Below, one piece after another: positions 17,544 to 27,160 of a stretch of 64,000 nucleotides of DNA. The translations under genes and the position numbers were made by a program. Numbering within the stretch: the first letter of the stretch is position 1; the number at the start of each line of letters is the position of its first letter. Origin of the DNA: Acidobacteriota bacterium (lineage in GTDB: Bacteria > Acidobacteriota > Vicinamibacteria > Fen-336); assembly GCA_016199625.1 (NCBI GenBank), contig JACQGI010000013.1, positions 654 through 64,653 on the forward strand, read 5' to 3'. The notes beneath the pieces were generated by a model that had not been told where the DNA came from, ran no database searches, and saw only the letters and a list, made by a program, of their open reading frames with translations.

Positions 17544-17845
17544 CGCTTCGGTCCTGCCACGCTCTTGAAGAAGTGGTAACCCGCCGCGAACAGCCCGAAG
17601 GCGCCCCCCAGGAGGAAGAAGATCGGCCTCGTGCCGAGCTTCCCGTCGATCCAGTACCCGGCCCCGAGGCTCAACAGCACTGTGAAGGCCAGGCTAGTCC
17701 CGATCCCCAGGTACGGCGCCGCCTCCCTGAGGACCCGCCTCCAATCCCCTGGGCCTTCGCCTTTTTCGCCTTCAGGAGACAAGGGTTGCACGCTTCGGGC
17801 GGACGACAGCCGGGGGAGACTACCACAGGCCCTCAGCCCAGGCAA
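17540..17845 (-). CDS. AtpZ/ATPase_gene1-like small membrane protein (start uncertain)
   Basis: The C-terminal 60 aa (APYLGIGTSLAFTVLLSLGAGYWIDGKLGTRPIFFLLGGAFGLFAAGYHFF) fit the two-TM AtpZ-like family. The track start (TTG at 17845) coincides with a promoter-like TTGCCT-N17-TAGTCT element, so the GTG at 17791 is a plausible true start. Confidence 0.55.
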   Translation of the reverse strand: MPGLRACGSLPRLSSARSVQPLSPEGEKGEGPGDWRRVLREAAPYLGIGTSLAFTVLLSLGAGYWIDGKLGTRPIFFLLGGAFGLFAAGYHFFKSVAGPKR

Positions 17846-17989
17846 CAGTCGCGGAGCGTCGGCGCTACCCCAGCGGCGCGAAAGGTCGAGTCGGCGTGCT
17901 CGACCCAGGCGTGGATGCCGCGGTGCACGTCGGAGGGAGGCAGGATCCGACCCGCGGACGGCGCAGCGCCGCGACCATGCGTGGGCCCC

Positions 17990-18505
17990 TCACTCCAGGT
18001 CGAAGAAGGGGGCCTCGATCCGGTCGGTTTCGGTCTCCCGGGCGACCCGCTCGAGGCTCGTGCGCAGCCGCCGGAGGTGGGCCGCGGGCATGCTGTCGAG
18101 GGACCGGCTCAGGCCCGCCTGCACCGGCGGGGGGCTTCGTCGCAACAACCGTCGCCCCAGCGGGGTGAGGGAGAGACGTATGCCGCGGCGGTCCTCGCGA
18201 TCGACGGTACGGGTCACGGCCCGCCGGTCGACCAGGCGGTCCACGATGCCGGAGACGGTGGACGGGTGAGCGAACATCCGATCCGCGAGCCTTCCGAGGG
18301 AGATCCCCGGCTCGGCGTCGAGGATCGTCAGGGCCCAGAGCTGCGGTCCCGAGAGGCCCGTCCGCCCGTGAACGGCCTTCGAGTACTCGTGGATGGCCTT
18401 GAACAGGCGCCGAAGCGAGCGGACGACCCCCGCCGCGTCGCGGGCCCTCGCGCTCTCGCGCTGGGTGCCGGTCCTCCTCCGCCGGGCGGAATGCTTTGTA
18501 GTCAA
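17990..18505 (-). CDS. MarR-family transcriptional regulator
   Basis: C-terminal 171 aa of ORF 17990..19582(-). Winged-HTH pattern LSGPQLWALTILDAEPGISLGRLADRMFAHPSTVSGIVDRLVDRRAVTR. The TTG at 18505 is preceded by GAGGAGGG; a GTG 24 nt upstream is an alternative start. Confidence 0.8.
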   Translation of the reverse strand: MTTKHSARRRRTGTQRESARARDAAGVVRSLRRLFKAIHEYSKAVHGRTGLSGPQLWALTILDAEPGISLGRLADRMFAHPSTVSGIVDRLVDRRAVTRTVDREDRRGIRLSLTPLGRRLLRRSPPPVQAGLSRSLDSMPAAHLRRLRTSLERVARETETDRIEAPFFDLE

Positions 18506-18674
18506 ACGATCGTCGCCCTCCTCGACCACGGCCCATGTTACTCTGGCAGCTCCCCTTGACGGGGAAACACCACTGGCGGCACGGCGCGAGCCATCGCTTC
18601 GGTCCGGCATCGCATTCCGGGAGACGACCAGCATCCCGTCGGGCCGCGGTCGGGCCGCCGCAGGAGGTGGACAC

Positions 18675-19100
18675 GTGCTGACGACACTCAAGACCCTCCT
18701 TTGCACGACGCTGATCGCCGCCGCCGGAGCGGGTCCCCAAGGAACGTGGAAGGGCACCACGTCCCAGGATCGGCCCATCGAGCTGAGACTTCGCGAGGGA
18801 TCCCTCTCCTTCCTGAAGGTGGGTTGGCGCCTGACCTTCGACAAGCCCTGCCCGCCGCCCGGCTCGCGGATCCCGGCGGCGAGCCGCTCCGACACCCACG
18901 TGATGCGTTTCCAGGCCCCCGTCCCCCTCGAGGACGGGGCGCTCCGCACACGCGTCGGGATCGGCCGGGACCTCGACCTCGTCCTCGAAGGGACCTTCGA
19001 CGCCGATGGCGCGGCTTCGGGCGAGATCCTGCTCGAGACGATCGAGTCCTCGCCCTGCCGGGGACGGACCACACTGAAATGGAAAGCGCACCGGAAGTGA
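18675..19100 (+). CDS. small secreted/lipo-protein, unknown function
   Basis: C-terminal 141 aa of ORF 18393..19100. The GTG at 18675 follows AGGAGGTGG. The N-terminus VLTTLKTLLCTTLIAAAGAG is signal-like. No family recognised. Confidence 0.5.
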   Translation: MLTTLKTLLCTTLIAAAGAGPQGTWKGTTSQDRPIELRLREGSLSFLKVGWRLTFDKPCPPPGSRIPAASRSDTHVMRFQAPVPLEDGALRTRVGIGRDLDLVLEGTFDADGAASGEILLETIESSPCRGRTTLKWKAHRK

Positions 19101-19768
19101 CGCAGGGGGCATTCCCGCCCCGCCGGTTCGAGTTCTGGGGCTGTTCCGAGATCCGCGAGAGCCTGGGGATCACCGCCGAGAGCGAGCGTCACCTCATGGA
19201 GCGGCTGGAGACCGTGCCCCCGGAGTCGATCTACTACCACACCGTGCGCGCCCTGCTCCGCCGTCAGGTGGTCCCGACGCCCTACCCCGACGATTTCGCG
19301 AGCTGGGTCGCCACCGAGGTCCGGGATCCCGTCCTCGCCGAGCGCCTGGCCCTGTCCTCGCCCTTCGACTTCGCCGACACCGAGGCGTTCCGCGAGCATC
19401 TCCTGGGCATCCTCGACGATCACCTCTCGCGCCTGCCCTTCACCCCTGCGGTGGTCCAGGGAAGCCCGTTCTACTTTCTCCGCGGCCACCTGGCGGCGGT
19501 GCCGCTGGGCGTCGAGGCCGTGGACCTGGCGGGCCTGGGACGCAGCCTGTCCGAGGTGGACGACAGCTCGATCTACTATCACGCCGTCGAGGCCATCGGG
19601 CGCCTCGGACGAGTCCGGAGCGACTTCGCCACCTGGGTGGACGACGGGCTGGCCCTCCCAGGCCTCGCCGTCCGGATGGACGAGATCGACCCCTTCGTGG
19701 CGAGCCTCGGCGGGGTCCGCCAGCAGCTCCTGACCCTGGTCCGGGAAGCCCTCGAGGGGCGATCGTGA
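19079..19768 (+). CDS. DUF5752-like protein (two tandem modules), glycosyltransferase-associated
   Basis: C-terminal 229 aa of ORF 18701..19768, from the ATG at 19079. An internal repeat is marked by ESIYYHTVRALL and SSIYYHAVEAIG. The family name is recalled from memory. It is GTGA-coupled to treT. Confidence 0.6.
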   Translation: MESAPEVTQGAFPPRRFEFWGCSEIRESLGITAESERHLMERLETVPPESIYYHTVRALLRRQVVPTPYPDDFASWVATEVRDPVLAERLALSSPFDFADTEAFREHLLGILDDHLSRLPFTPAVVQGSPFYFLRGHLAAVPLGVEAVDLAGLGRSLSEVDDSSIYYHAVEAIGRLGRVRSDFATWVDDGLALPGLAVRMDEIDPFVASLGGVRQQLLTLVREALEGRS

Positions 19769-20970
19769 GCGGCGAGGCGCGCCTCGCCGACTACGAGGGC
19801 ATCGCCCCTGCGGGGAGCTTGCGCCTCGTGCGCCACCTGGCCCAGGGTCTCTCCGGGAGGACGTTCCTCCACGTGAACTCCACCCGTCAAGGAGGCGGAG
19901 TCGCCGAGATCCTGCACCGCCTCCTGCCGCTCCTCGAGGAGGTGGACGTCCGCACTCGCTGGGAAGTCATCGCCGGGCCGCCGGAGTTCTACGCCGTGAC
20001 GAAACGCATCCACAACACCCTCCAGGGAGCCGACCTTCCCTTCACACCCGGCATGCAGGACTCCTACCTCGACGCTTCACGCGAGGCGCTCCGGCATCTG
20101 GACCTCGAGGCCGACCTCGTCATGATCCACGACCCACAGCCGGCGGCCCTCGTCGACGGCCGCAAGGAGGGGACCCGCTGGATCTGGCGCTGCCACATCG
20201 ACCTCTCCAGACCCCAGCGCGGAACCTGGAGCTTTCTCGAGCCCTTCGTTCGCCGTTACGATGGCGCGGTCTTCCACATCGCTGCCTTCGCCCGCCGCCT
20301 TCCGATCCCCTGTTACCTGATCCACCCTTCCATCGATCCCCTATCGGAGAAGAACCGGGACATGGACCCTCGTGAGGTGGAGCGGCGCGTCTCCGCCCTG
20401 GGCGTACCCCTCGACCGCCCGGTCCTCCTGCAGGTCTCGCGGTTCGATCCGTTCAAGGATCCCCTCGGCGTCATCCGCGCCTTCCGCCTGGTGCGGAAAG
20501 TCCGCGATTGCATCCTCGTCCTCGCCGGGGGGTCCGCGGCCGACGACCCGGAGGGCGCCGAGGTCCTCGCACGCGTCCGGGAGGAGGCCGCCGGTGACCC
20601 GGACGTCCACGTGCTGCTCCTGCCGAGCGACGCCCACGCGGACATCAACGCGCTGCAGCGCGCCGCCACCATCGTCATACAAAAGTCCACCCGGGAGGGC
20701 TTCGGCCTCACTGTCGCCGAGGCGATGTGGAAGGGACGCCCAGTGGTCGCAGGCGCCGTGGGGGGTATCGTCAAGCAGGTCCTCGACGGGATCACGGGAC
20801 ACCTCGTCCACTCCGTCGAGGGGTGCGCCTACGCCGTGAGGAGGCTCCTCGGGGACCCGGAAGGCCGCCGCACCATGGGCCGCCTCGCGAAGGAGCACGC
20901 CCGCCACAACCTCCTCATCACCCGCCACCTCGCCGACTACCTGCAGATGCTCAGGCTCCATGTCGGCTGA
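19765..20970 (+). CDS. treT: trehalose synthase (glycosyl-transferring, TreT-type GT4)
   Basis: 401 aa. It shows long colinear similarity to archaeal TreT as I recall it: FLHVNSTRQGGGVAEILHRLLPLL, HDPQPAAL, WRCHIDLS, HPSIDPLSEKN, QVSRFDPFKDP, REGFGLTVAEAMWKGRPV. Confidence 0.8.
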   Translation: MSGEARLADYEGIAPAGSLRLVRHLAQGLSGRTFLHVNSTRQGGGVAEILHRLLPLLEEVDVRTRWEVIAGPPEFYAVTKRIHNTLQGADLPFTPGMQDSYLDASREALRHLDLEADLVMIHDPQPAALVDGRKEGTRWIWRCHIDLSRPQRGTWSFLEPFVRRYDGAVFHIAAFARRLPIPCYLIHPSIDPLSEKNRDMDPREVERRVSALGVPLDRPVLLQVSRFDPFKDPLGVIRAFRLVRKVRDCILVLAGGSAADDPEGAEVLARVREEAAGDPDVHVLLLPSDAHADINALQRAATIVIQKSTREGFGLTVAEAMWKGRPVVAGAVGGIVKQVLDGITGHLVHSVEGCAYAVRRLLGDPEGRRTMGRLAKEHARHNLLITRHLADYLQMLRLHVG

Positions 20971-21115
20971 ACGCCCCGCCCGCCTCGTCGTCGCCTCGAA
21001 CCGCCCGCCGCTCTCGCTGTACCGCGTCGCGGACCGGTGGCGCACGGAGCGCAGCGAAGGGGGGCGCGACCCATTCCGGCCCTCGAAGGTTTTCCACATC
21101 CTGCCCCGGCGATAG
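20960..21115 (+). pseudogene. 51-codon relic resembling the N-terminus of trehalose-6-phosphate synthase (OtsA, GT20)
   Basis: My translation from the ATG at 20960 is MSAERPARLVVASNRPPLSLYRVADRWRTERSEGGRDPFRPSKVFHILPRR, ending at TAG 21113-21115. RLVVxSNRxP...W...S.GG is the GT20 N-terminal pattern. The remaining ~400 aa are absent. Confidence 0.35.
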
Positions 21116-21118
21116 GAT
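21091..21118 (+). promoter_or_regulatory. candidate sigma70 promoter (near-leaderless) for the small TPR-like gene and mscS
   Basis: TTTCCA (21091-21096), 16-nt spacer, TAGGAT (21113-21118). The ATG at 21127 follows after 8 nt. Confidence 0.3.
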
Positions 21119-21126
21119 TCCTGGTG

Positions 21127-21480
21127 ATGCGGCCTGCCGACCGAGGAAGAGAACGAAGCCCCATGGCGCTCCGGCGACGGGCGGAGCGCCTGCGGCGGTC
21201 GGGGAACGCCGAGGCGGCCCTCACCGCCCACCTCGACCTCGCGAGGGCGCTGCCCGGCGACGCCGGGCTCTGGAACGCCGTGGGCGATCTCCAGGAGCGG
21301 TTGGGCCGTCTCGGGGAAAGCGCGTCGTCGTGGGCGAGGGCTGCGGAGATACAGCGCACGGACGGCTTCGTCCACAAGGCCATCGCGCTCTTGCGGAAGG
21401 TCCGTCGTGCGGCGCCCGACGACCTCGAGGCGATGGAGCGCCTCGCCGCTCTCCATGAGCGTCTTCGGGCGCGTCCGTGA
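21127..21480 (+). CDS. small helical (TPR-like) protein
   Basis: ORF 21037..21480 trimmed to the ATG at 21127 (the ATG at 21163 is also possible). It is helical, ...AEAALTAHLDLARALPGDAGLWNAVGDLQERLGRLGESASSWARAAEIQ..., and its stop overlaps the mscS GTG (GTGA). Confidence 0.5.
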   Translation: MRPADRGRERSPMALRRRAERLRRSGNAEAALTAHLDLARALPGDAGLWNAVGDLQERLGRLGESASSWARAAEIQRTDGFVHKAIALLRKVRRAAPDDLEAMERLAALHERLRARP

Positions 21481-23087
21481 ACTCCCCGGCACTCCTCGCG
21501 GCACTCGCGGGAGCGGCGGCGCTGCCCCTCGTCCTTGGTCTGGAGGCTCCCTCGCGCTCCCCGGAACCAGGGGCGCCCGCCGCTGCAGCCTCCTCCGACG
21601 TCGCGCACGACTCCCCGCGGAGCGCCCTCACGGAATACCTCGACCTCTGCCGTGCGGGTCGATACGACGAGGCCGCGCGATTCCTGAGCCTCCGCGACGC
21701 AGACCGAGGTCGAGCCGCGGTGCTCGCCCGGCGGCTCAAAGCCGTCCTCGACCGCCATCTGTGGGTGGACCTCGACCTCGTCTCGGCCCGACCGGAAGGG
21801 GACTCGGGTGATGGCCTGCCCGACGGGACCGACCAGGTCGGCGTCATCGCCCTGTCGGGAGGCCCGCCCCAGGCCGTCCGGCTCGTCCGCCGGGCCGATC
21901 GCGCCCTGCCGCGTTGGCGCTTCTCCCCGGGCACCGTGGCGAGGATCGACACGTGGTACGCGACCCTGCCCGATCGCTGGATCCGCGAGCGGCTTCCCGA
22001 CGTTCTCCTTCGGCCCGGCCCCCGCGAGCTGCTCTGGTGGCAGTGGCTCACCCTCGTGGCTCTCGCGCCACTCGGATGGTCTCTCGGACGACTCCTCTCC
22101 GGCCTGACGTTCCGCGTCGCCGGCCGGGCGGCGGCTCGGACCGAAACCCTGTGGGACGACGCGGTTCTCCGTCGTCTCAGGGGACCCCTGGCCCTCGTTT
22201 GGACCCTGGCGCTGATCGCCGTGGTCGTTCCGGCCCTGGGACTCTACGCCCCGGCGGAGGCGTTTCTCGCTCGCGTCCTGAAGACGGGCGCCGTCGCGGT
22301 GGGCTTTTGGGTTCTCTGGCGCATCGTGGACGTCGCCGGAGAAGCGCTGCGGCAATCCCGCTGGGGCCAGGCGAGCGCCTCGGCGCGGTCCCTCGTCTTC
22401 GTCGGGGCGCGGTTCGCCAAGCTCGGCGTGGCCGCGCTGGGCATCCTGGCCGCCTTAGGTGAGCTGGGCTATCCCGTGGCAGGCCTTCTGGCCGGGCTCG
22501 GCCTCGGCGGCCTGGCCCTCGCCCTCGCCGCCCAGAAGACCGTCGAGAACCTCTTCGGTTCGCTGTCCCTCGCTCTCGACCGGCCGTTCGCCGTGGGAGA
22601 CTTCGTGCGGGTCGAGGAGTTCGTGGGTACCGTGGAGGCGATCGGGCTGCGCTCGACGGCATTCCGCACGCTCGACCGGACGCTCATCACCATCCCCAAC
22701 GGACGCCTGGCAGACATGCGCCTCGAATCCTTCTCGGCCCGCGACCGGATGCGCCTGGCGTGCACCATCGGCCTCGTCTATGGCACCACAGCGGCGCAGG
22801 TACGGGCGGTCCTCGCGGGGCTCGAGGGCGTGCTGCGCGGACACCCGAAGATCTGGCCCGACGCCGTCGTCGTCCGTTTCCGCGAGTTTGCGGCCTCGTC
22901 TCTCGACATCGAGGTGATGGCCTGGTTCGCAACGTCGGACTGGTCGGAGTTCCAGCTCATGCGCCAGGAGGTCTTGCTGCAGTTCATGGAGGTCGTCGAA
23001 CAGGCGGGGACCTCTTTCGCTTTCCCCACTCGGACCGTGCACCTGGTGTCGGCGCCCGCCGACGCAGCCCCGGACCGCGACCGATGA
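21477..23087 (+). CDS. mechanosensitive ion channel, MscS family
   Basis: 536 aa with an N-terminal signal and periplasmic domain, then TM helices. MscS core LAAQKTVENLFGSLSLALDRPFAVGDFVRVEEFVGTVEAIGLRSTAFRTLDRTLITIPN. Confidence 0.85.
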   Translation: MNSPALLAALAGAAALPLVLGLEAPSRSPEPGAPAAAASSDVAHDSPRSALTEYLDLCRAGRYDEAARFLSLRDADRGRAAVLARRLKAVLDRHLWVDLDLVSARPEGDSGDGLPDGTDQVGVIALSGGPPQAVRLVRRADRALPRWRFSPGTVARIDTWYATLPDRWIRERLPDVLLRPGPRELLWWQWLTLVALAPLGWSLGRLLSGLTFRVAGRAAARTETLWDDAVLRRLRGPLALVWTLALIAVVVPALGLYAPAEAFLARVLKTGAVAVGFWVLWRIVDVAGEALRQSRWGQASASARSLVFVGARFAKLGVAALGILAALGELGYPVAGLLAGLGLGGLALALAAQKTVENLFGSLSLALDRPFAVGDFVRVEEFVGTVEAIGLRSTAFRTLDRTLITIPNGRLADMRLESFSARDRMRLACTIGLVYGTTAAQVRAVLAGLEGVLRGHPKIWPDAVVVRFREFAASSLDIEVMAWFATSDWSEFQLMRQEVLLQFMEVVEQAGTSFAFPTRTVHLVSAPADAAPDRDR

Positions 23088-23186
23088 GCGCCTGGCGCGC
23101 CATGGGGCGTCGGGCGCGGCCCATGCCGACGGGGATCGGCTCGCGGCGGCCGCGCCACGTCAGGTCCAGGACCGCGGCCCTGGGCG

Positions 23187-23645
23187 TCAGGTCACCGGCG
23201 TGGGCGCCGGGCTCGCCGACGGTTGCGGAGGCGGCGCGAAGCCCAGGGCGTTCCGCAGGCGGGTCTCGAAGCCGCGGAGCAGCTCGAGTGTCGCCGCGTC
23301 GCCGCGCGTGAGGCCGGCGGTGACGGGGTCGCGCATCTGGAGGATGGACTCGAGCGTCGCCTTGAAGGCGGCCTCGGGGGTCCGCTCCGATTCCTGGCGG
23401 ACCGCGTCGAAGAACCGGGAGGACATCTCCTGGGCGGTCCCGTAGTTCTTGGCCTCGACGACGTCGGAGAGGGTCAGGAGCTGCCCCAGGATCGCCGCAA
23501 GGCGGACCCGAGCCTGGGCCGTGGCGAGGTCGGCCTCGGTTCGCGCGAGGCGCTCCTCGACCCCCGCCCTGCCCTGGCGCTGCGGCCAGTAACCGACTCC
23601 GTAAGCGATCCCCAGGAGCACGAGGACGATCAGCACCTTCTTCAT
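23187..23645 (-). CDS. membrane-anchored hypothetical protein
   Basis: 152 aa with an N-terminal TM helix (MKKVLIVLVLLGIAYGVGYW), a helical body and a Pro-rich tail. RBS GAGGTGAG. It is the last gene of the acyl-CoA dehydrogenase-htrA unit. Confidence 0.6.
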   Translation of the reverse strand: MKKVLIVLVLLGIAYGVGYWPQRQGRAGVEERLARTEADLATAQARVRLAAILGQLLTLSDVVEAKNYGTAQEMSSRFFDAVRQESERTPEAAFKATLESILQMRDPVTAGLTRGDAATLELLRGFETRLRNALGFAPPPQPSASPAPTPVT

Positions 23646-23661
23646 GGCTCACCTCGCGGTG

Positions 23662-24810
<1,149 letters not shown>

Positions 24811-24816
24811 CGCTCC

Positions 24817-26664
24817 CTAGGGTATCCCCCGCTCGAGCCAGACGTGCTCGTCGGCGAGGACCTGCTGGGCCAGGCGGTAGGTCGCGTCGTCGTCGTTCCG
24901 GAAGAGCGCCCCGAAGCGCGTCTCGATGCGCCGTCGCGCGTGCCGGCAGAAGACGTCGGCCACGCCGTCCACGGCGGCACGCTCCTCGGGTCCCAAGGCC
25001 CCGAGAGAGCGCGCCCGTGCGCACGCCGCCGCCATGGCGAAGAGCTCGGCGCCGATGTCTACGAGGCGGAAGAGCACCGACTGTCTCTTCTCGAGCCCCG
25101 GGCCGAAGCGCACCATGGCGTGGAAGAGGCGCCGGGCCAGGCGGCGCGAGGTGCGGTCGACGTACCGGACGTGGCGCGCGAGGCGTCCGAACTCGCCGTA
25201 GCGCGGCCAGAAACCCCATCCGAAGCAGCGGGCCGGGTACCAGTGGGCGTAGTGGAGGCCGGCGCGCACGAGGGCCGCGAGCTTGCGTCCGAGCGGAGCG
25301 TCGGGATTCACGAGGTCGCCCGCCACTCTCAGGTGGCGGTCCACCGCCTCTCTGGCGATGAAGAGGTGCATGATCTCGCTCGAGCCCTCGAAGATCAGGT
25401 TGATCCGGAAGTCGCGCATGATCCGCTCGACGGGGATGGGCTCCTCGCCCCGCGCCTCGAGGGACCGCGACGTCTCGTAGCCGCGCCCGCCGCGGACCTG
25501 GACGGTGTCGTCCACCATCTCCCAGCCCGCTTCGGAGTTGTAGAGCTTGGCGATGGCGGCCTCAAGGCGGATGTCGTAGCCCTCGCGGTCGGCGGCGATC
25601 GAGCAGAACTCCGAGATTGCCTCCATGGCGAAGACGTCGGCCGCCATGGTCCCGATCCTCTGGGCGACGGCGTCGTGTTTCCCGATGGGCGCCCCCCACT
25701 GGACGCGTTCCCGGGACCAACGGCGGACGATGCCGAGGCAGCGCTTGCCGACGCCCACGGCCCCCGCCGGCAGGCTCAGGCGGCCCGTGTTGAGGGTGAT
25801 GAGGGCGAGCTTGAGACCGAGCCCCTCCTTCCAGAGGACGTTCTCCTTCGGGACCCGGACGTCCTTGAAGCGGACGACCCCGTTCTCGATGCCCCGCAGA
25901 CCCATGAACTCGCAGCGGTGGACCACCTCGACCCCCGGCCAGTCGCGCTCGACGATGAAGGCCGTGATCTGCTTCCGCTCGCGCCCCCCCACGACCTTCG
26001 GCGGCGTCTGGGCCATCACGACGAAGAGCTCGGCGATCGTGCCGTTCGTGCACCAGAGCTTCTCGCCGTTGAGCACGTACCCCGAGCCGTCTTCCGTGGG
26101 AAGGGCGACGGTCTCGAGGGCGGCGGGGTCCGATCCCACACCCCGCTCGGTCAGGGCAAACGCCGAGACCGCCCCCTTGGCGAGCCGGGGGAAGTAGCGC
26201 TTCTTCTGCTCCTCGGTGCCGAAGAGCTTCAGGGGCTGCGGCACGCCGATGGACTGATGGGCGGAGATGAGAGCCGTCAGCGAGCCGTCGACGCTGGTGA
26301 TCATGCGGATGGCGCAGGCATAGCTGTGCTGCGAAAGCCCCAGGCCACCGTACTCCCGGGGGATCTTGACACCGAAGGCGCCCAGCTCCCGGAGGCCCTG
26401 GATCACCTCGTCGGGGATCTTGCCCTCGCGGTCGATCCGGTCCCCGTCCACCTTCTCGCGGAGGAAGGCCCCTAGGGCATCGAGGAACGGCCGCGCCAGG
26501 GTCTCCTCCTCGGCGTCAGGACGGGGGAATGGATGGATGAGGTCCAGGCGGAAGCGGCCGTCGAACAGCTCGCCGACGAAGCTCCGTCCCGCCCACTCGG
26601 TCTCGCGGGCCGCCTCGGCGACCTCCCGCGCTTCGCGCTCGGTGACCTTCGGTGCCGTGGCCAT
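24817..26664 (-). CDS. long-form acyl-CoA dehydrogenase
   Basis: ORF 24817..26700(-) trimmed to the ATG at 26664. ACAD motifs GLGLSQHSYA, FALTERGVGSDPAA, WCTNG and RIMRDFRINLIFEGSSEIM, plus a ~170-aa C-terminal extension. Confidence 0.85.
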   Translation of the reverse strand: MATAPKVTEREAREVAEAARETEWAGRSFVGELFDGRFRLDLIHPFPRPDAEEETLARPFLDALGAFLREKVDGDRIDREGKIPDEVIQGLRELGAFGVKIPREYGGLGLSQHSYACAIRMITSVDGSLTALISAHQSIGVPQPLKLFGTEEQKKRYFPRLAKGAVSAFALTERGVGSDPAALETVALPTEDGSGYVLNGEKLWCTNGTIAELFVVMAQTPPKVVGGRERKQITAFIVERDWPGVEVVHRCEFMGLRGIENGVVRFKDVRVPKENVLWKEGLGLKLALITLNTGRLSLPAGAVGVGKRCLGIVRRWSRERVQWGAPIGKHDAVAQRIGTMAADVFAMEAISEFCSIAADREGYDIRLEAAIAKLYNSEAGWEMVDDTVQVRGGRGYETSRSLEARGEEPIPVERIMRDFRINLIFEGSSEIMHLFIAREAVDRHLRVAGDLVNPDAPLGRKLAALVRAGLHYAHWYPARCFGWGFWPRYGEFGRLARHVRYVDRTSRRLARRLFHAMVRFGPGLEKRQSVLFRLVDIGAELFAMAAACARARSLGALGPEERAAVDGVADVFCRHARRRIETRFGALFRNDDDATYRLAQQVLADEHVWLERGIP

Positions 26665-27160
26665 GGGGCTGACCTTACGGCCGCACGGGGGGCGCGTCAA
26701 CCGGGGTTTTTCGTTGTACGGCGGGCCCGGGTCGCTCTATCATCGTCGCGCCGGCGGAGGCGACGTGCACCATCTCTTGTGTTCGATGACCGTGCTCCTG
26801 GCGGGCTCCGACTCTCCCCTCCGCCCGACCACTCCGGCTGTGGCCGCAGCCCCCGCGCCGGTGCCGGGCCCGGGACATGCGCAGGCCCTCGACCGCCTGA
26901 CGGCGCCGTGGACACGGCTGTCCCCGCGGGACCGCCGCAGCGCGCCGGCAGCGCTGCCGACGGTCCGGAACGAGACCCCGCGGCGGACGTCGCCGGTCCT
27001 CGACCCGCGGCGCGCGTCGCCGTGGGTCTCCGCCGTGCGGCCCCGGTCTCCGCGCGCGCCGCCCCGGACGCCTCGCGGCTGACGCCCCCGGCGGGCGCCC
27101 CCGGCCCCGGAGCGGTGTAGAGGGCGCACGGCGATCGGATCCGTCTCTCGGGAGACCCTC

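Noticed and set aside
15423-17845. The atp cluster as an N-type (Na+) ATPase operon.
   Set aside because: The gene order is not atpD-C-Q-R-B-E-F-A-G, and no F1 genes are present. The c subunit also lacks the Na+-binding Gln/Ser-Thr/Tyr pattern that I would expect around the GLIEG glutamate.
21050-21480. A frameshift at the G6 run (about 21057-21062) joining the OtsA-like relic to the 21037..21480 frame to make one larger protein.
   Set aside because: The downstream frame (ARPIPALEGFPHPAPAIGFLVMRPADRG...) shows no GT20 similarity beyond a chance 'ALE'. The product would be about 170 aa rather than about 460. Deletion of otsA is more plausible.
26765-27082. A 105-codon ORF preceded by GGAGG (26756-26760) and a GTG at 26765: VHHLLCSMTVLLAGSDSPLRPTTPAVAAAPAPVPGPG...
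   Set aside because: The translation is Pro/Arg/Ala/Ser-rich, has no hydrophobic core and no recognisable motif. GC is high at all three codon positions, as in non-coding DNA. I cannot support it as a gene without expression or conservation data.
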